Assembly (NCBI GenBank): GCA_001929475.1
Contig: LXFE01000126.1
Span: 62,001-126,000 of the forward strand
DNA length: 64,000 nt
From: Neolecta irregularis DAH-3
Lineage: Eukaryota
Reading direction: 5' to 3'
Below are positions 38,493 through 54,523 of this stretch, in pieces. Under the pieces are notes generated by a model that worked only from the letters and a program-made list of their open reading frames with translations, was not told where the DNA came from and did no database searches. How positions within the stretch are numbered: the stretch's first letter is position 1; the number at the start of each line of letters is the position of its first letter. A program made the translations under genes and the position numbers.

Positions 38493-40646
38493 CTAGGCTC
38501 CTTTCTTGGCATCTTCTTTCAGTGTAACTATCCTGTTCAACACAATTTTATCTCCAACTGTATCCTTGTCCATGCAAAAATATGCAACTCGCATGGCCTG
38601 AAATCGGACTGCTTCTGGTGCGCCTCTCTCTTCTTTGCCTTTTGTAGTCACATCGCTGGTTTTCCAAGGCGAATTTTCCCGGACTTGGTTGAACCCGACT
38701 TCGATAAGAGCGCCCTTGAGAATCTCCTCGCTGTTTTCGTTGATATCTCTGAGGAATCCTTCAGGGTGACCAGAGGGATTGTCTGATTTGAAAAGCGGGT
38801 GGAAAAGCCTTACTTCATCAAGATGAATTGGAGAACCTTGACAAGGCGCCAAAGCAACCCACTGTATGTATGCTTTTGGTTTCTTGAATTCACCGTCGTT
38901 TTCATAATGTGCCCGAATTTCCGTGACAAGTCCAGTATTTGGATCAGAGGTGAAAGAAGTTGCTCGGATGGGGAAAGGAACTTTGAGAAGGCCAACTGTT
39001 TTGCCTGGCGCTAGGCGGAAAAAGTCGTCCGACGCTTCACTTCGAAAGTCCCTTCGATCAATGTAAACTCTCTTGGTAAAAGGAAGTTTTCTTTCTCCCA
39101 TTGTGGGGTCTTTTGGGTTATATGGCATCGTGACTTGTTCGAGATAGTCCTCATCCAGGTTTTCAATTATAATCAGGATGGGATCAGGAATCATCATTAG
39201 GCGAGGAGTATGACCCTCGAGGTATTTTCTAACAGAGTTCTCAAAGCGGTGAATAGCAATATTTGTCACGGTATTAGTCACTCCCAGACCATTAATGAAT
39301 GATAATATAGCACCTGGAGGAACACCACGGCGCCTATACCAATCAAAAGAGCTCAAATGCCACGCATCACGTACCTGATTGAAACGATAGTAAACAACCT
39401 TGGATCATCCCATCCTCTCACGATGCCTTCTGAAACCAATTTCGCGATTTTACGTTTACTCATGATAGTACCGGCAACATTCAGCCGTCCATATTCGCTC
39501 TGTCGCGGTTTATAGACCTCTAGAGCATTACAAAGCCATTCATATGACACCCGTGACTGAACAAACTTCACCGTTAGAACTCATAAAACGAGTACTGGAC
39601 CTCGGTCGTGCATAACGAATGTGTTATATTCTCAAGGGAATCACAAAGACAATGCGTGAAATCATACGTGGGGTAAATCTTCCAAGTATCGCCTGTTCGA
39701 TGATGCGGAGCATCCAACACTCGATAAGCAATTAAATCCCACATTTGGGGATTTCCATCTTCAAGACTTTGTTTCATTCTCAAAGTAGCTTCGTTAGGTC
39801 TGTATTTCCCTTCTCGCATTGCTCGGAATTCAGCAAATGATTCATAAATTGGACGATCTCGATGACTGCACGGAATGCGTTGCCCGCCTTTTTCGCCGTT
39901 TTCAACACCTCTAGCTATTTTTATTTCTTCAGCTTGAATCGTAAATAATAGTACTAGTAAGCGTTGGATATACCTGTACAATGGCAAACATATGCTTTCC
40001 CACGATTAATGAGATCTTCAGCTAGATCACAGAGTTTCTGGAAATTATCGCTAGAATGTGTAATTTTATATGGTTCGAAACCGAGCCATTTGATCGCATC
40101 CAAGATGGCCGTGAAATACACTTCTTCCTCTGCTTCCGGGTTTGTATCATCATATCGAAGATAGCATTCGCCTCCGTGGTATCTGAAACATCAATCTATG
40201 TTAAGATAGAATGACGACCTGGCGTATCCGAAATTGATGACGATAGCCTTACAGTGACCGATATGAAGGAAACCATTTGGCTATATAATATTAAAACAAC
40301 TTGCTAGCATGACAAGTACCTCGGGTGGAAATCTCGTAAAGATTCTTCCACCAGTAGCCTTAAGATGTTGCTCCTTCAACTCTGATTTAATTTGTGGATT
40401 TTCTCCGACCTTGTGTAATCTTTTGAAGAAACCCTCTTCAAACATGTTGACTATAAGGGGCTCTTCTCCATTTTCAGCATTTGGCGCTTTAGCTGGGTTT
40501 GACTCGATGTCTTTCTTTTTTCCAGGTTTTGGTTTTCTGGGCTGATGGTCAATTTTACAAATCAACATGCTATGCACCTTTTCCAATAATGCATTCTGCA
40601 CAGCGATTTTGACACGCTCGAGTTCCTCTTTAATTGCTTCAGTCAT
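38493..40646 (-). CDS. GLN4: Glutaminyl-tRNA synthetase, spliced
   Basis: [18 protein letters not shown] (HIGH), [48 protein letters not shown]; 6 introns. Confidence 0.95.
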
Positions 40647-40990
40647 AGTGGTTATATCGGTGAGGATGAGTCGAAATATACTACGATCACGATGTTGTGC
40701 CAAAAATGGATCACAAACGTAATCGACGAAAAGGGAAAAATGACAATTAAAAGGAAGATATAGAGATAAACTCTGCAAGAAAACGTGTTGTACGACAGCG
40801 ATATTTACAATGCGAATGTACAAGTGTTTGACTTTGCTTTTGAAATACAAGATGCAATAAAGAATGTTCGCCTTTCCACCTCGTTTCATCCACTGTACAA
40901 GAACAGGAACAAGGATATGCCAACGGAGAATAAACAAACATGAAATGAATAACCATGAATAAGGTAGCCGTAAGAAGAGTTTTACTGCAT

Positions 40991-43225
40991 TCAGGTTTGT
41001 GGTGCAGTTTGATTGTGTTGGAGTTCCAAATTCGAAGCCAGTTTATCGAACCGATCTTGATCTAAAGGTAAATCAGACTCTACAGCCTCGAGCAACTCGT
41101 CGATCAATCCATCAATTTTTTCATCTGGTATGTTTGTACAACGGGCAACCAGGCCACGTAGTCGAGCTTCCTGAACTCGGTGGTCTTCTTCGATACCGCC
41201 AAGAGTAATCTTGAGCTGGTCTACGACTTTTTGGTATGCCTGAATGAGGACTTTAAGACGTTCGACAGTTGGTTCACCTGCGAGTTCTTCTTTGAATGGA
41301 GCGTCAGGATCGATTGGACCAGTATAATTCCAACCATTTACCTGGCCATTCACTTGTGAATGAAAATTCTCCTCAATTTGCTGAATACGTAACTCAAATT
41401 GCTTCTTTCGCCGCTCAGCTTCATGAAGACGGTTTGACTTTTGCTCCAAAGAAGCAGCTTGATTGCGAGCTTCTTTGAGCTGATTTGTGATTTCTCGCAC
41501 TTGAGAGTGTACTTGATTGATGGTATTGTCATGTTTAATGACTTCTTGTTTGTATCGCTCATCGAGCTCTGATAAAGCTTGCGATATACCTTAAAGTCAA
41601 TAATGACATACACGACTCTTACTCTCGATAATTCCTCTGCTGTTTTGATCAGGAGGTGGACCATCGATACTGTCCTCATACGATCTGTGAATTTGATGAC
41701 TTAGCGAAAGAGACATCAACCCGGGAAACCCAAAATCTTCGGCACAAAGTTGAGCTTTGTTTTGGATCTTTGGATCTGCGCCAATTTCAATGAGCTGCTG
41801 AACGATTTTTGCATTGCCTACGCGAGCAGCGATGTTTAATGCGGTATCACCATTGATATCTCGACGATTCACGACGTCTCTGGAGAACCGTTCCAAGCCG
41901 TATTGATGATCTTTGTGTTCGACTAGCCATCTGATGATGGAATTCAAGTAGCTGCTCGCAACTGCAGATCTATTATGCATACCAGCCGTTATAGCAATCT
42001 GATGGAGGACCGTCCGTTCTTGGTGATCAGCAAGAGGCAGAGCAGGACAGAGAATTTCCAAAAGTTTAGGAAATGCATCCTGCTCATGCGAGTTTGTGAC
42101 GTTAACGGCGCGTATTAATGGTGTTTCTCCAGAAAAATTTCTCTCTATTGGTGATGCACCTTTACGAATTAACGCTTCTGCAACAGATACTCGAGCAAGA
42201 GCAGCAGCCCAGTGCAGGGCTGAATGTCCAACTTGATCAATATGAACATCAAGAGCAACATCTTCTTCATTCAGATAAGCAAGAACTTGTTCAGTAGTGT
42301 TCAAGTCTTCCCGCATAAACAGTTCTGTCATGTAGTTTTTCGAGAAGAGATACTGGGGATCACCAAATGGCTCGACATGTGTTGGTGCAAAGAAGGGATG
42401 TGAATTTGCATCTCCAGTCATAGAAAATACATCACTTTGGTCCTCAAAAGTCTGATCAATGGTATGTCTGATGCGTTTCCGAGGAGGTTCATAATCACTG
42501 TTGAGGCCCCGCTGAGGCCAAAATTTTGGAGGTATATTGCTGTAATGTGGTTGGGCAAAGCCCTGTTCTTCATGTATAGTCGACATGTAATTAGAATGCG
42601 TGGGTGTTCCCAGAGGACGAGTCATATGGCGGTTAGTCTGATAACTCTGTTCTGGAGTTTGGTTGTTTCGTCCTTTGAGAGCTGTTTTCGCGGCATTTGC
42701 GCCATCGGTATACGGAGAATTCCCGTCATATGTATACGCTGCACTGCGAATCTTTTGCCGGTTGTTTCCATACATGTTCTTGCGCCGCGCAGCCATCGCT
42801 TGTTCTTTTGTCGGCGTACCGTGGACTGTAGAAGTTGTATCGAGTTCGAGCAACGGTCGAAGACTATCCTGTACTCCATAGTCGGCGCAAAACTGTACAC
42901 CGCGCTGGAATGGGACCCTGGTGGCAATGTAAGATAAGTGTAGATTATCAATCATACCATGTTCCTTGGTATTTTCCGTATCCGCCCTGTACTTTTTCGT
43001 GCTCACCAGTAAGAATCTCCTTCTCGAGGATCTTGGTCCTCTTTCCTTTGTCTATTCCCGCGACTTTGAGGATTTGGGTTGCATTGAGATAGGAATCGTG
43101 TCGTCGACGCATGACAGCGATATCGTTGATGAGCATTTCAAAAACATGGACGCCGGAATATATGGCCTATCTTGAATATACTGCAAAACATGCAGAAATA
43201 CCGAGTAAATGCCAGAGTTTTCCAT
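40991..43225 (-). CDS. MBF/SBF transcription factor subunit (APSES/KilA-N, ankyrin repeats, coiled coil), Swi6/Cdc10-like; spliced
   Basis: [77 protein letters not shown]; 3 introns. Confidence 0.9.
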
Positions 43226-43473
43226 GATATCCGGAATCGCGGATGTTTAATCGATTACGAGGTGGAGACTCCAGTCGCTCCAAGTTCGCGCGTTTCGCTT
43301 TTGGCTGATTCCCCCTATCAAGACCCGTCAAGTTTTGCAAAAAGAAAACACCTGAATTCCAATATCAAAGTAAGAATTGGGAAATATTCGCAGATATTCG
43401 CGTCATTCAGCTGCGTTGTGCTAGTATCTATATATATACAGAAATATTTGAGAGAAAATTATTGAAAATTGCA

Positions 43474-44172
43474 TTAAACACCATAATCAAGCCGACCGCC
43501 CTTGGGAACAGCTCCAAATCGCTCGAATGGCCATAAAATACAGGCAACTCTGAAAAATAAGTACTTGTAGATTTATTCTTTACCTTGCCGTGATCAACCC
43601 CACCGAGACAGGACCATACTCGTTGCTATCTCGAGAATGAAACCTCTCATCGCCTTCAACCCACACATGTCCAGCAGGTATACGCACAGTTGATCTGGGA
43701 TAAGGAGGACGCGTAACAACTTGATCGCCTGTATAATTCAGCCCATGTTGAATTAATGACTATATACCTTCCAACGCCAACACTCTCTTCACCAGTTTAT
43801 TTTCCGGGTTCATAGGTGATCTGTATCAATAAGTATCTACATTTGAACCTGTTCATACTTTAAAACAACGACATCACCTCTTTGGATATTGGATTGTGCA
43901 ACGTATGTCGGCGATGCCCCAATCGGTTCCTCTGTAGTTTTAAGTTCTACGAGGGGCCCTTTGATAGTCCACATATCCAATAACACTAGATCTTTTTCAG
44001 TTTTGACCTTTGGATTCAATGCCGGAGACATTGATTCGCCTTTAACAGCTGCTATCGTAACCACATGGGTGTTGATGAACAGGATCGGCGGTAACCAGGT
44101 AGCTGCTATCAAAGAATTTCGTAGTAGAAGCCGTATAAATGCTTTTCTGGCTATCGTTCTTGAGGTTGACAT
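43474..44172 (-). CDS. IMP2: Mitochondrial inner membrane peptidase subunit (S26 family), Imp2-like; spliced
   Basis: VKGESMSPALNP, RGDVVVL|SP, LVKRVLALEG|D, GHVWVEGDE, SRDSNEYGPV; ends ILWPFERFG...GV*. Confidence 0.85.
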
Positions 44173-44316
44173 ACTGCAATATAAATTTTGGAATAAAACT
44201 CGACCAAGTAACTCGACGTCACTCCTAACCTATATACTTGGATTACCGCCTGTTCATAAACTTTTTGGTCAGAAGACAACCTTTTTTGGTTTGACGGATT
44301 AAGGAAGTGATGCTTG

Positions 44317-47300
44317 ATGGAATGTGGGATAAGACCGATAGGGAAGGGTGTCGTTCATAATTTATGTGCGGGACAGGTATTGCAATTCAACAAATTCGTA
44401 TTAAACCACATAGGTTGTGATTGATCTTTGTACTGCTGTAAAAGAATTGGTCGAGAATAGTCTTGATTCTGGAGCAAGCACGATCGGTAGTTGAAACCAA
44501 AATAATTAGTTGATCGAATTAGAAGTTCGACTGGGAAATTATGGATTAGACTTCATCCAAATTCAAGACAACGGAGTGGGTATAGAACCCGCTGATTATG
44601 AAAACATTGGTGCCTTTAGCATTTAAATAACCCTCTGATATCAGCTCTCAAGCATTTTACGTCGAAATTGTCATCTTTCGAGGATCTTGAATCGGTCACA
44701 ACATTTGGATTTCGAGGTGAAGCATTGAGTTCGCTTTGTGCATTGGCAGATGTGTATATTACGACTGCTACCAAATCCCAAGCCCCCAAAGCGACAAGGA
44801 TTGAATTTTCCCGGAATGGCAAACTTGTAAAACAGTGTACGGTGTCTGCTCAGGTTTCTCATGAGAGTAAAAACATACCGCTGAATCTCTCCAGAAAGGA
44901 ACATCAATCGACGTGCAGAAGTTATTCTATCCATTGCCTGTACGAAGAAAGGAATTTGAAAGAAACTGCAAAAAGGAGTACGCCAAAACACTGGGTCTTT
45001 TACAGAGTTATGCCGTAATTTGCGAAAAGGTTAAATTATCGGTCTATCATCAGGCTTCAAAGGGGTATTCATCTTTTTCTGATAAATTCTGACTGAATAT
45101 TAGTAAAAAACATGCCCAAATCTCAACTCAAGGAAAAAATTCAATGCGAGAAAATATTGCCAATGTATTCGGATCAAAGATACTCAGTTCTCTTATACCT
45201 CTTGATCTCAAACTACAAGTCCAAGATAAACAAACACTGCCGTCTTCCAGTCATCAACACAAGGAAATGATCAATCAGGCAATTAAAATCACTGGTTTTA
45301 TATCAAAACCAATATATGGCGAAGGCCGTGGTTCCAACGATCGGCAAATGTATTTTATTAATTCTCGTCTCTGTTCTTTGCCAAAGGTAACTTCCTACAG
45401 CTAAAAACAATGCTAAGAACAGATATCCAGAACTTTCAATGACGTGTACCGGCTGTATAATCAGAATCAAAGCCCATTTGTAGTGGCAAACATTAATTTA
45501 GCCACAAGTAGGACTCCAGACCTGTTTCACTCGTTCATAATCTAGCTAAATACGACGTTAATGTCTCCCCTGATAAGCGAACTATCTTCCTTCATGAAGA
45601 AGATTCTTTATGCGAAAATCTCAGAGAGAAGCTTACTGCATTTTTTGATCGTTGTGGGATGACTGTTCCAAAGTCTCAGGTCGCGGTAATGCCTGTGGAA
45701 TACCCAACTTCTCTGCCGTCCAGCGCAATCAAAAGTTTAACCCATCCACACTCATTCGATCAGTCCCCACAGAACAGGGAATCACAGCCAACATCAATGT
45801 CTCTATCAGACCAAGAACCAGGCTGTAAGTCACAATTAGAGGTACCTGATGGAGAGAGTTGTCATAAGGGCAATCTAACCATAGTCGAGGGAGCGAAAGA
45901 GTCCACAGTCGCTGGTGAAGTGGTCTCAAGTCAAACCAACAACATTGAACATGGTAAAGATCGACTATAAATATTGATTTTAATTGTTACAGACATTTCT
46001 AAAATCAGTAAACGTCCTTTAGACCAGCATATTTCAGAATCTCTTCGCATTACCAAACATCTCCGGCTCACAACATCGTCTGAAAATGAAAACAACACCT
46101 CACCTCCGATGCCTGACGGTTTATCCAGTCAAGATCCACCGCAGTATATCCGTACAAGTCGGCTGTCAATCATTTCACGGCCTACCGCAGTTGCGCTTTC
46201 GAAACAATTTGTGCTTTCACAGATCCAAAATCCCACGTGTATGTCTGAGACTGAAAGCACTACGCAAGAAACGGAAGTGACCGAGAATCTACCCTCAGGT
46301 TACGACAATGAATATGAAGCGTATCATGTCACAAATGAAAGACAGCAACAAGATCCGCGAGTCAACTTGGAGCCCATAAGTGAAGAAACGTCAATCGACT
46401 CCCAAGCTGGAAATATCACTACTCATGGAGGATATGGTTTCATTGCAAAAAAAACGAAAGAACCTCAGGAAAAAAAATCAAGATCAACAACATATTCAAC
46501 CATATCAAGCAGCAATCAAAATGATACATTTGATTTAACTATAAATCTTTCAGTCACAATAGATATGATTGCTAATCTCTCAAAATGTCTTGACGCTTCC
46601 ATCGATCTAAATAGCACTGTTTCAGGTGAATTACTCGATGGTCATCTGAATGAATCGAGCGAGATCGCAGAACAGAGACTTTCCATGGCGGTATGCAAAT
46701 CGAATTTTATAGAAATGAAGATCATCGGACAGTTCAATCTCGGTTTTATTATCGCTTCCTTGTCAAAGGATAAAAGACATGGAGCAGATGATTTATTTAT
46801 AATTGATCAACACGCAAGTGATGAGAAATATAATTTTGAAAGAATTCAGTCAGAGTTACAAGTAAAATCTCAACCACTCGTGAGGTATTGTCTCACGTAC
46901 TTTGATCTATTTTTATACTTCAGGCCGGTGCCATTGCAGCTAAGTGCTATCCAGGAGCTCTTGGTAACAGAAAATATTGAACTCATTCGAAAAAACGGGT
47001 TTCAGCTACTAATTACCGAGACCGAGCCAGTTGGAAGAAAATTCAAATTATATGCACAACCGATGGCGGGTAACTATACATTTTCTGTCAAAGGGATACA
47101 ATGTATCAAATAATACTAACCGGTTAGATCTTGAAGAACTTTTACATTTGATTGAAGAACATCCTGGCCAAAACGTAAAGTGCAGTAAATGGCGATCATA
47201 CTGCGCAATGAGGGCATGTCGTAGTTCGATAATGATTGGGGACCCACTGCCAAAAAATGCAATGCAAAAAGTCGTACAACATCTGGGACATCTAGACAAG

Positions 47301-47434
47301 CCTTGGGTGCGAAGCTTTTAGTACTAGACTTATATTAGAGTTGTCCTCACGGCCGTCCGACGATGCGCCATCTGGTGGATTTGCAGCTTTGGAAATCGTG
47401 GTCCGAAGACGTAAATGACAGATTACATGAATAA
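44317..47434 (+). CDS. PMS1: MutL-family mismatch repair endonuclease Pms1 (PMS2 ortholog), spliced
   Basis: [52 protein letters not shown] endonuclease motif, [23 protein letters not shown]; about 11 introns. Confidence 0.95.
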
Positions 47435-47443
47435 ATAGGTATC

Positions 47444-50143
<2,700 letters not shown>

Positions 50144-50297
50144 TCACCGCAATGAATGATAAATAAGTGTCGACAAGATGAAAAATTCGACGATAAAGTG
50201 TAATTTGCGTCGAGGAGATAAAAATGAATGTAGCTGAGGAACTTGATCTTGTACCACCACTTTATCACATCATATTCGACAAACCTCTGAAATCGTT

Positions 50298-51441
50298 ATG
50301 ACCTCTTTCAGAAAATACAAAATCACAGTGCCGTGCTCATCAGCAAATATCGGCCCGGGATTCGATGTAGTCGGTCTTGCGCTTTCGATGTACCTGACTA
50401 TAGTCCTCATAATCTCGCCCAGTGCTGAGACACCAAACAGCCATGATTCATTCAATTGTAAAATAACTTATGAAGGGGAAGGAAAAAATCATATTTCCTT
50501 GCAAACGGATCATAATTTAATTACGCGAACTGCGCTGTACGTGTTAAAATGTCACAGCATAAACAAGTTTCCCAGCTATACAACGATACATATTGATAAT
50601 CAAATTCCTCTCGGCCGCGGTCTGGGAAGTTCTGGAGCCGCGGTAATCGCAGGCGTGTTGCTCGGCAATACTACGGGTCAACTCAATTTATCAAAAGATC
50701 GAATGATGGATTATGCTCTTATGATTGAACGACATCCGGATAATGTAACGGCCGCTATGATGGGTGGTTTCGTTGGAAGCTATCTTAACGAGCTTGATCC
50801 CAAAGATGCAGAGAGAGTAGAAATCCCTTTGAGTGAAGTATTGCCTGAACCTGCGGGTGGGATTGATACAGGACGACAGCCTCCAAAACCGCCGATGCAG
50901 ATTGGTCATTATATCAAATTCGGATGGGCAAAGGAAATCAAAGCGATTGCTGTTATACCAAATTTTGAAGTTGCAACTGCCACCTCCCGCGGAGTACTGC
51001 CTACTGTTTACCCAAAGAAAGACTTAGTATATTTCCAGCAAAAGGACGACTAACGAGGGTAGATTTTCAATCTTCAACGCTTGGCCGTCTTGACAACTGC
51101 CTTGACAAGATCACCGCCTGATCCAAACTTGATTTTCCAAGCTATGCAAGATAAAATCCACCAGCCATACAGGGCACGCCTGGTATGAAATGTTTCTTAT
51201 CTTCAAGTAACAAAAGATCCCTGGACTCCCTGAAATTCTTGCCTCGGTAACACCAGAGACAGATGAAGGACTTCTTGGCATATGTCTTTCTGGAGCGGGA
51301 CCAACCATACTTGCCCTGGCAGTGACAAATTTTGATTCCATAGCTGCCAATATCGTCAAAAGATTTAATGCAGAGGGCATCCTATGTATAGTAAAAGTTC
51401 TGGAGCTGGCCAGAGATGGTTCTCAGATCCAGGAATTATAA
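50298..51441 (+). CDS. THR1: Homoserine kinase (GHMP family); 2 introns
   Basis: VPCSSANIGPGFDVVG, IPLGRGLGSSGAA, ERHPDN, DKIHQPYR, CLSGAGPT. Confidence 0.95.
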
Positions 51442-52158
51442 TTGCACAGCAGTCGACTGATTATTATGTTTTATAATGTAATGAGTTACCATGATTTACA
51501 ATGATCATGAAATTGGATACCTCTGACAATTTTCATGAACTTTACAGAGCCTGAGATCTCCTCTCATTTTTCTTAAATGCGAAAACGGAAACCTGCAAAT
51601 TCATGAAAGCATTACTCCCCGATAGTCCGAGTTCAGCAATCATGATGGACATTTCTGGTTCAACGTCAGATATTTTGGTATTATCAAGTTGACATTGAGT
51701 CGTGGACAGACGAACTATATTCCAGCCATGCTTGACGTACATTCAAGCCAAACCACTGTTAAGGTAAGTAATGTGACCCTTTGATACCGATGGTGATCTT
51801 TTTTTCATGATTATGTTACGGTCAACATTATTATTTAAACTGCTCAATGTAATATACGGCGACTCGATTCGAAAGAAAGGAACTTTTGTGTCTACATTAG
51901 CGAGCCCATGCAGCTGCCGGCCTATATAAATAGTAGATCGTGGTTCTCTCTTAAAGAAACAAGGCAAAGAAACCCCAAAATATGAAGAATGTATAGGATC
52001 CATCCCGAATACATCCATACAAAACTCGAACAAAACAATTTGGTCAAAAAAGCAAATCACAGGAAGCTTGGACAAGTCTTTGATCAAAGTTGAGCAATAG
52101 AAAACCCTTCCTGAAGCCAGTTAGGAGCTTCACAAGGAGAAAAAGACGAGTATTCAGA

Positions 52159-52673
52159 TTATCCCTGAGATTTGAATTGTTCCATCTGCTTGATAAACGT
52201 CTCTTCGACGTGATTACAAAGGTCCACAAGATCACTGAGACCTTTATCTAGAGCATCGATAGCGGTTACACCTTCACCTACACCATTAAGAACTTTCATG
52301 GATCACAATCTACCGTATGTCTGTACTCGAATATTGACCTTGGTCTCAGAAGGATGTGGTATCGAGTATCCACAAAATTCTACGCCTGGACTATTGCTGA
52401 TTTAGGGTTGACATTCTTGAGCTTTTGACATACTTTTTCATTATCATATAGCGCAGCGCATTCCCCAAGGTATGATCTTCCTCATCAATTTCGAATGTAG
52501 CAGCTGTGATATCTTCAGAAGCTCCAGGTAACTTTTCGTAAGTTTTAGTTGCACCACAAACACACAATCCTGATCTTTTTGTCTCCTGTAAGTTCTTCTG
52601 TTTGCAAAACTTGGTCTATATCCATCTGATCTTTAGCTTGTCGTTGCTCTTGAATAAGGTTCGAGTCGGTCAT
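52159..52673 (-). CDS. RPC19: RNA polymerase I/III subunit AC19 (RPAC2), spliced
   Basis: Spliced ...[47 protein letters not shown]...; 3 introns. Confidence 0.92.
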
Positions 52674-52770
52674 GATAATATTTTCTAAATTGTCTAATCG
52701 ACTTCCAACTCCGGTTCTCACGTGAATTACTCGGCTTGGCATATTCACACCAGTCAAAGTAAATAATTAG

Positions 52771-54298
52771 ATGGCAGACTGTGGTCATCGCATTCAAACT
52801 GCATGTCGCCTGCATTCGCTATTACAGCTTTCGAATACGGCAGAAGGAATCGGCGATGAGATTCTTACGAGAGCTCTTCCAGATGCAACGGAACATAGCG
52901 AACCAGGAACTCCCGGTTCGCCTAATGGAAGTCCAAATTCGCTTCTGAGATGTCTTACGAAGAAAGAATTGAGCGATATGGTGTTTGGCGTTCGTGAATT
53001 ATCCAAGGGACTTGGTATGAACGACATTTGATTAAAGGTTAAAGGAATATTCAGGAAGTCCACGAATACATATGGATTTAAAGACCATCATGATCATTAC
53101 TAAGCCCAATGATGAAGATGTGGTGACTTTTGCAAAAGAATTAGCTCTCTGGATACTCAAAACTCCAATAAAATCAAGTGATGGACAATATACCGTGTAT
53201 TCTGCTCGCTTGAACATGACCTGCTAAACTTATGCAGCTTTGTCGATTTCAATTTGAAGAAAAACCCGAAATTTACAGATAACCTGGAGAAGGAAGATAT
53301 TGGAGATCGACTAAAGTACTGGACTCCTAAACTATGTACCAAATATCCAAACACATTTGACTTGGTTGTTACGGTACGGTACTTTACTAACACCTCTAAA
53401 TCGATAGCTTGGTGGAGATGGAACCGTATTGTATACGTCGACACTATTCCAAAGAGTCGTTCCACCCGTTCTTTCTTTTTCTCTCGGCTCGCTCGGCTTC
53501 TTGACGTACGTATCACTCTTCTTTCATGATATCTTATCATTCGGAGGAAATTTGACTTCTCGAATTACCAAGAAACCCTCAAATTAGCATTTGAAAGTGT
53601 AGCCATCAGTTTGAGGATGCGGTTTGAGTGCACTGTTTCTCGGTCTCATATTAATAAAGACGACAAAGGAGGACAAAAGAGGACTAGCAGCCGTGAACGA
53701 GTCTTCTCAGTATTGAACGAGCTTGTTGTAGATCGGGGACCACAACCTTTTATGACTTCACTTGAACTATATGGCGATGAAGAGCACTTGACTAGTGTAC
53801 AAGCAGATGGGCTATGCATTTCGACCCCAACAGGTTCAACTGCTTATTCAGTAAGTTTTATAAAGATTCATGCTCATCTATTTAGCTTGCTGCCGGAGGA
53901 TCTTTGACACATCCTGATATACCGGCTATGTTGATCAGTCCAATCTGTCTGTCTTGCAATCTGCCCTCGTTACTAAAGTCCAGGTCCCCATTCACTCTCA
54001 TTTCGACCCCTTCTTGTCCCAGATTCAATGACATTGCGGATTTGTGTTCCGCAAGATGCTCGTAGTACGGCTTGGTGCTCCTTTGATGGTCGAAATCGTA
54101 TTGAACTAAAACGTATGCTTCTATATCTACTAGCATATGCTCACTATGACAGAAGGCGATTATATAGCTGTTTCGGCGTCTCGTTTTCCATTTCCTACTT
54201 GTCTGAAAGTTAAACAGAGTGCTGATTGGTTCGAGAGCTTGAGTCGAACGCTCAATTGGAATGAGCGGAAGAGACAAAAGGGCTGGGAATTGGTTTAG
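52771..54298 (+). CDS. UTR1: ATP-NAD(H) kinase (Utr1/Yef1-like), spliced
   Basis: [74 protein letters not shown]; 7 introns. Confidence 0.9.
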
Positions 54299-54523
54299 GG
54301 GATTTGTATTCTTGCACAAGCTTGCAGTATTTATTTCGTCGGTTTAAAGGCAACAAAAAGGGAAAGTCTGGGTATACGCTTTAACTTTCTTCTCTTTTAC
54401 GCATAATGTTAACCATATCAATACGAAGAGGCTCAATAGACATAAATTGATCGATGTAGTCGAAAAAATCTAATTCGGGATGCGTCTTCTAAAGTCGCGA
54501 TTAACCAAAAACTACCACCAAAC

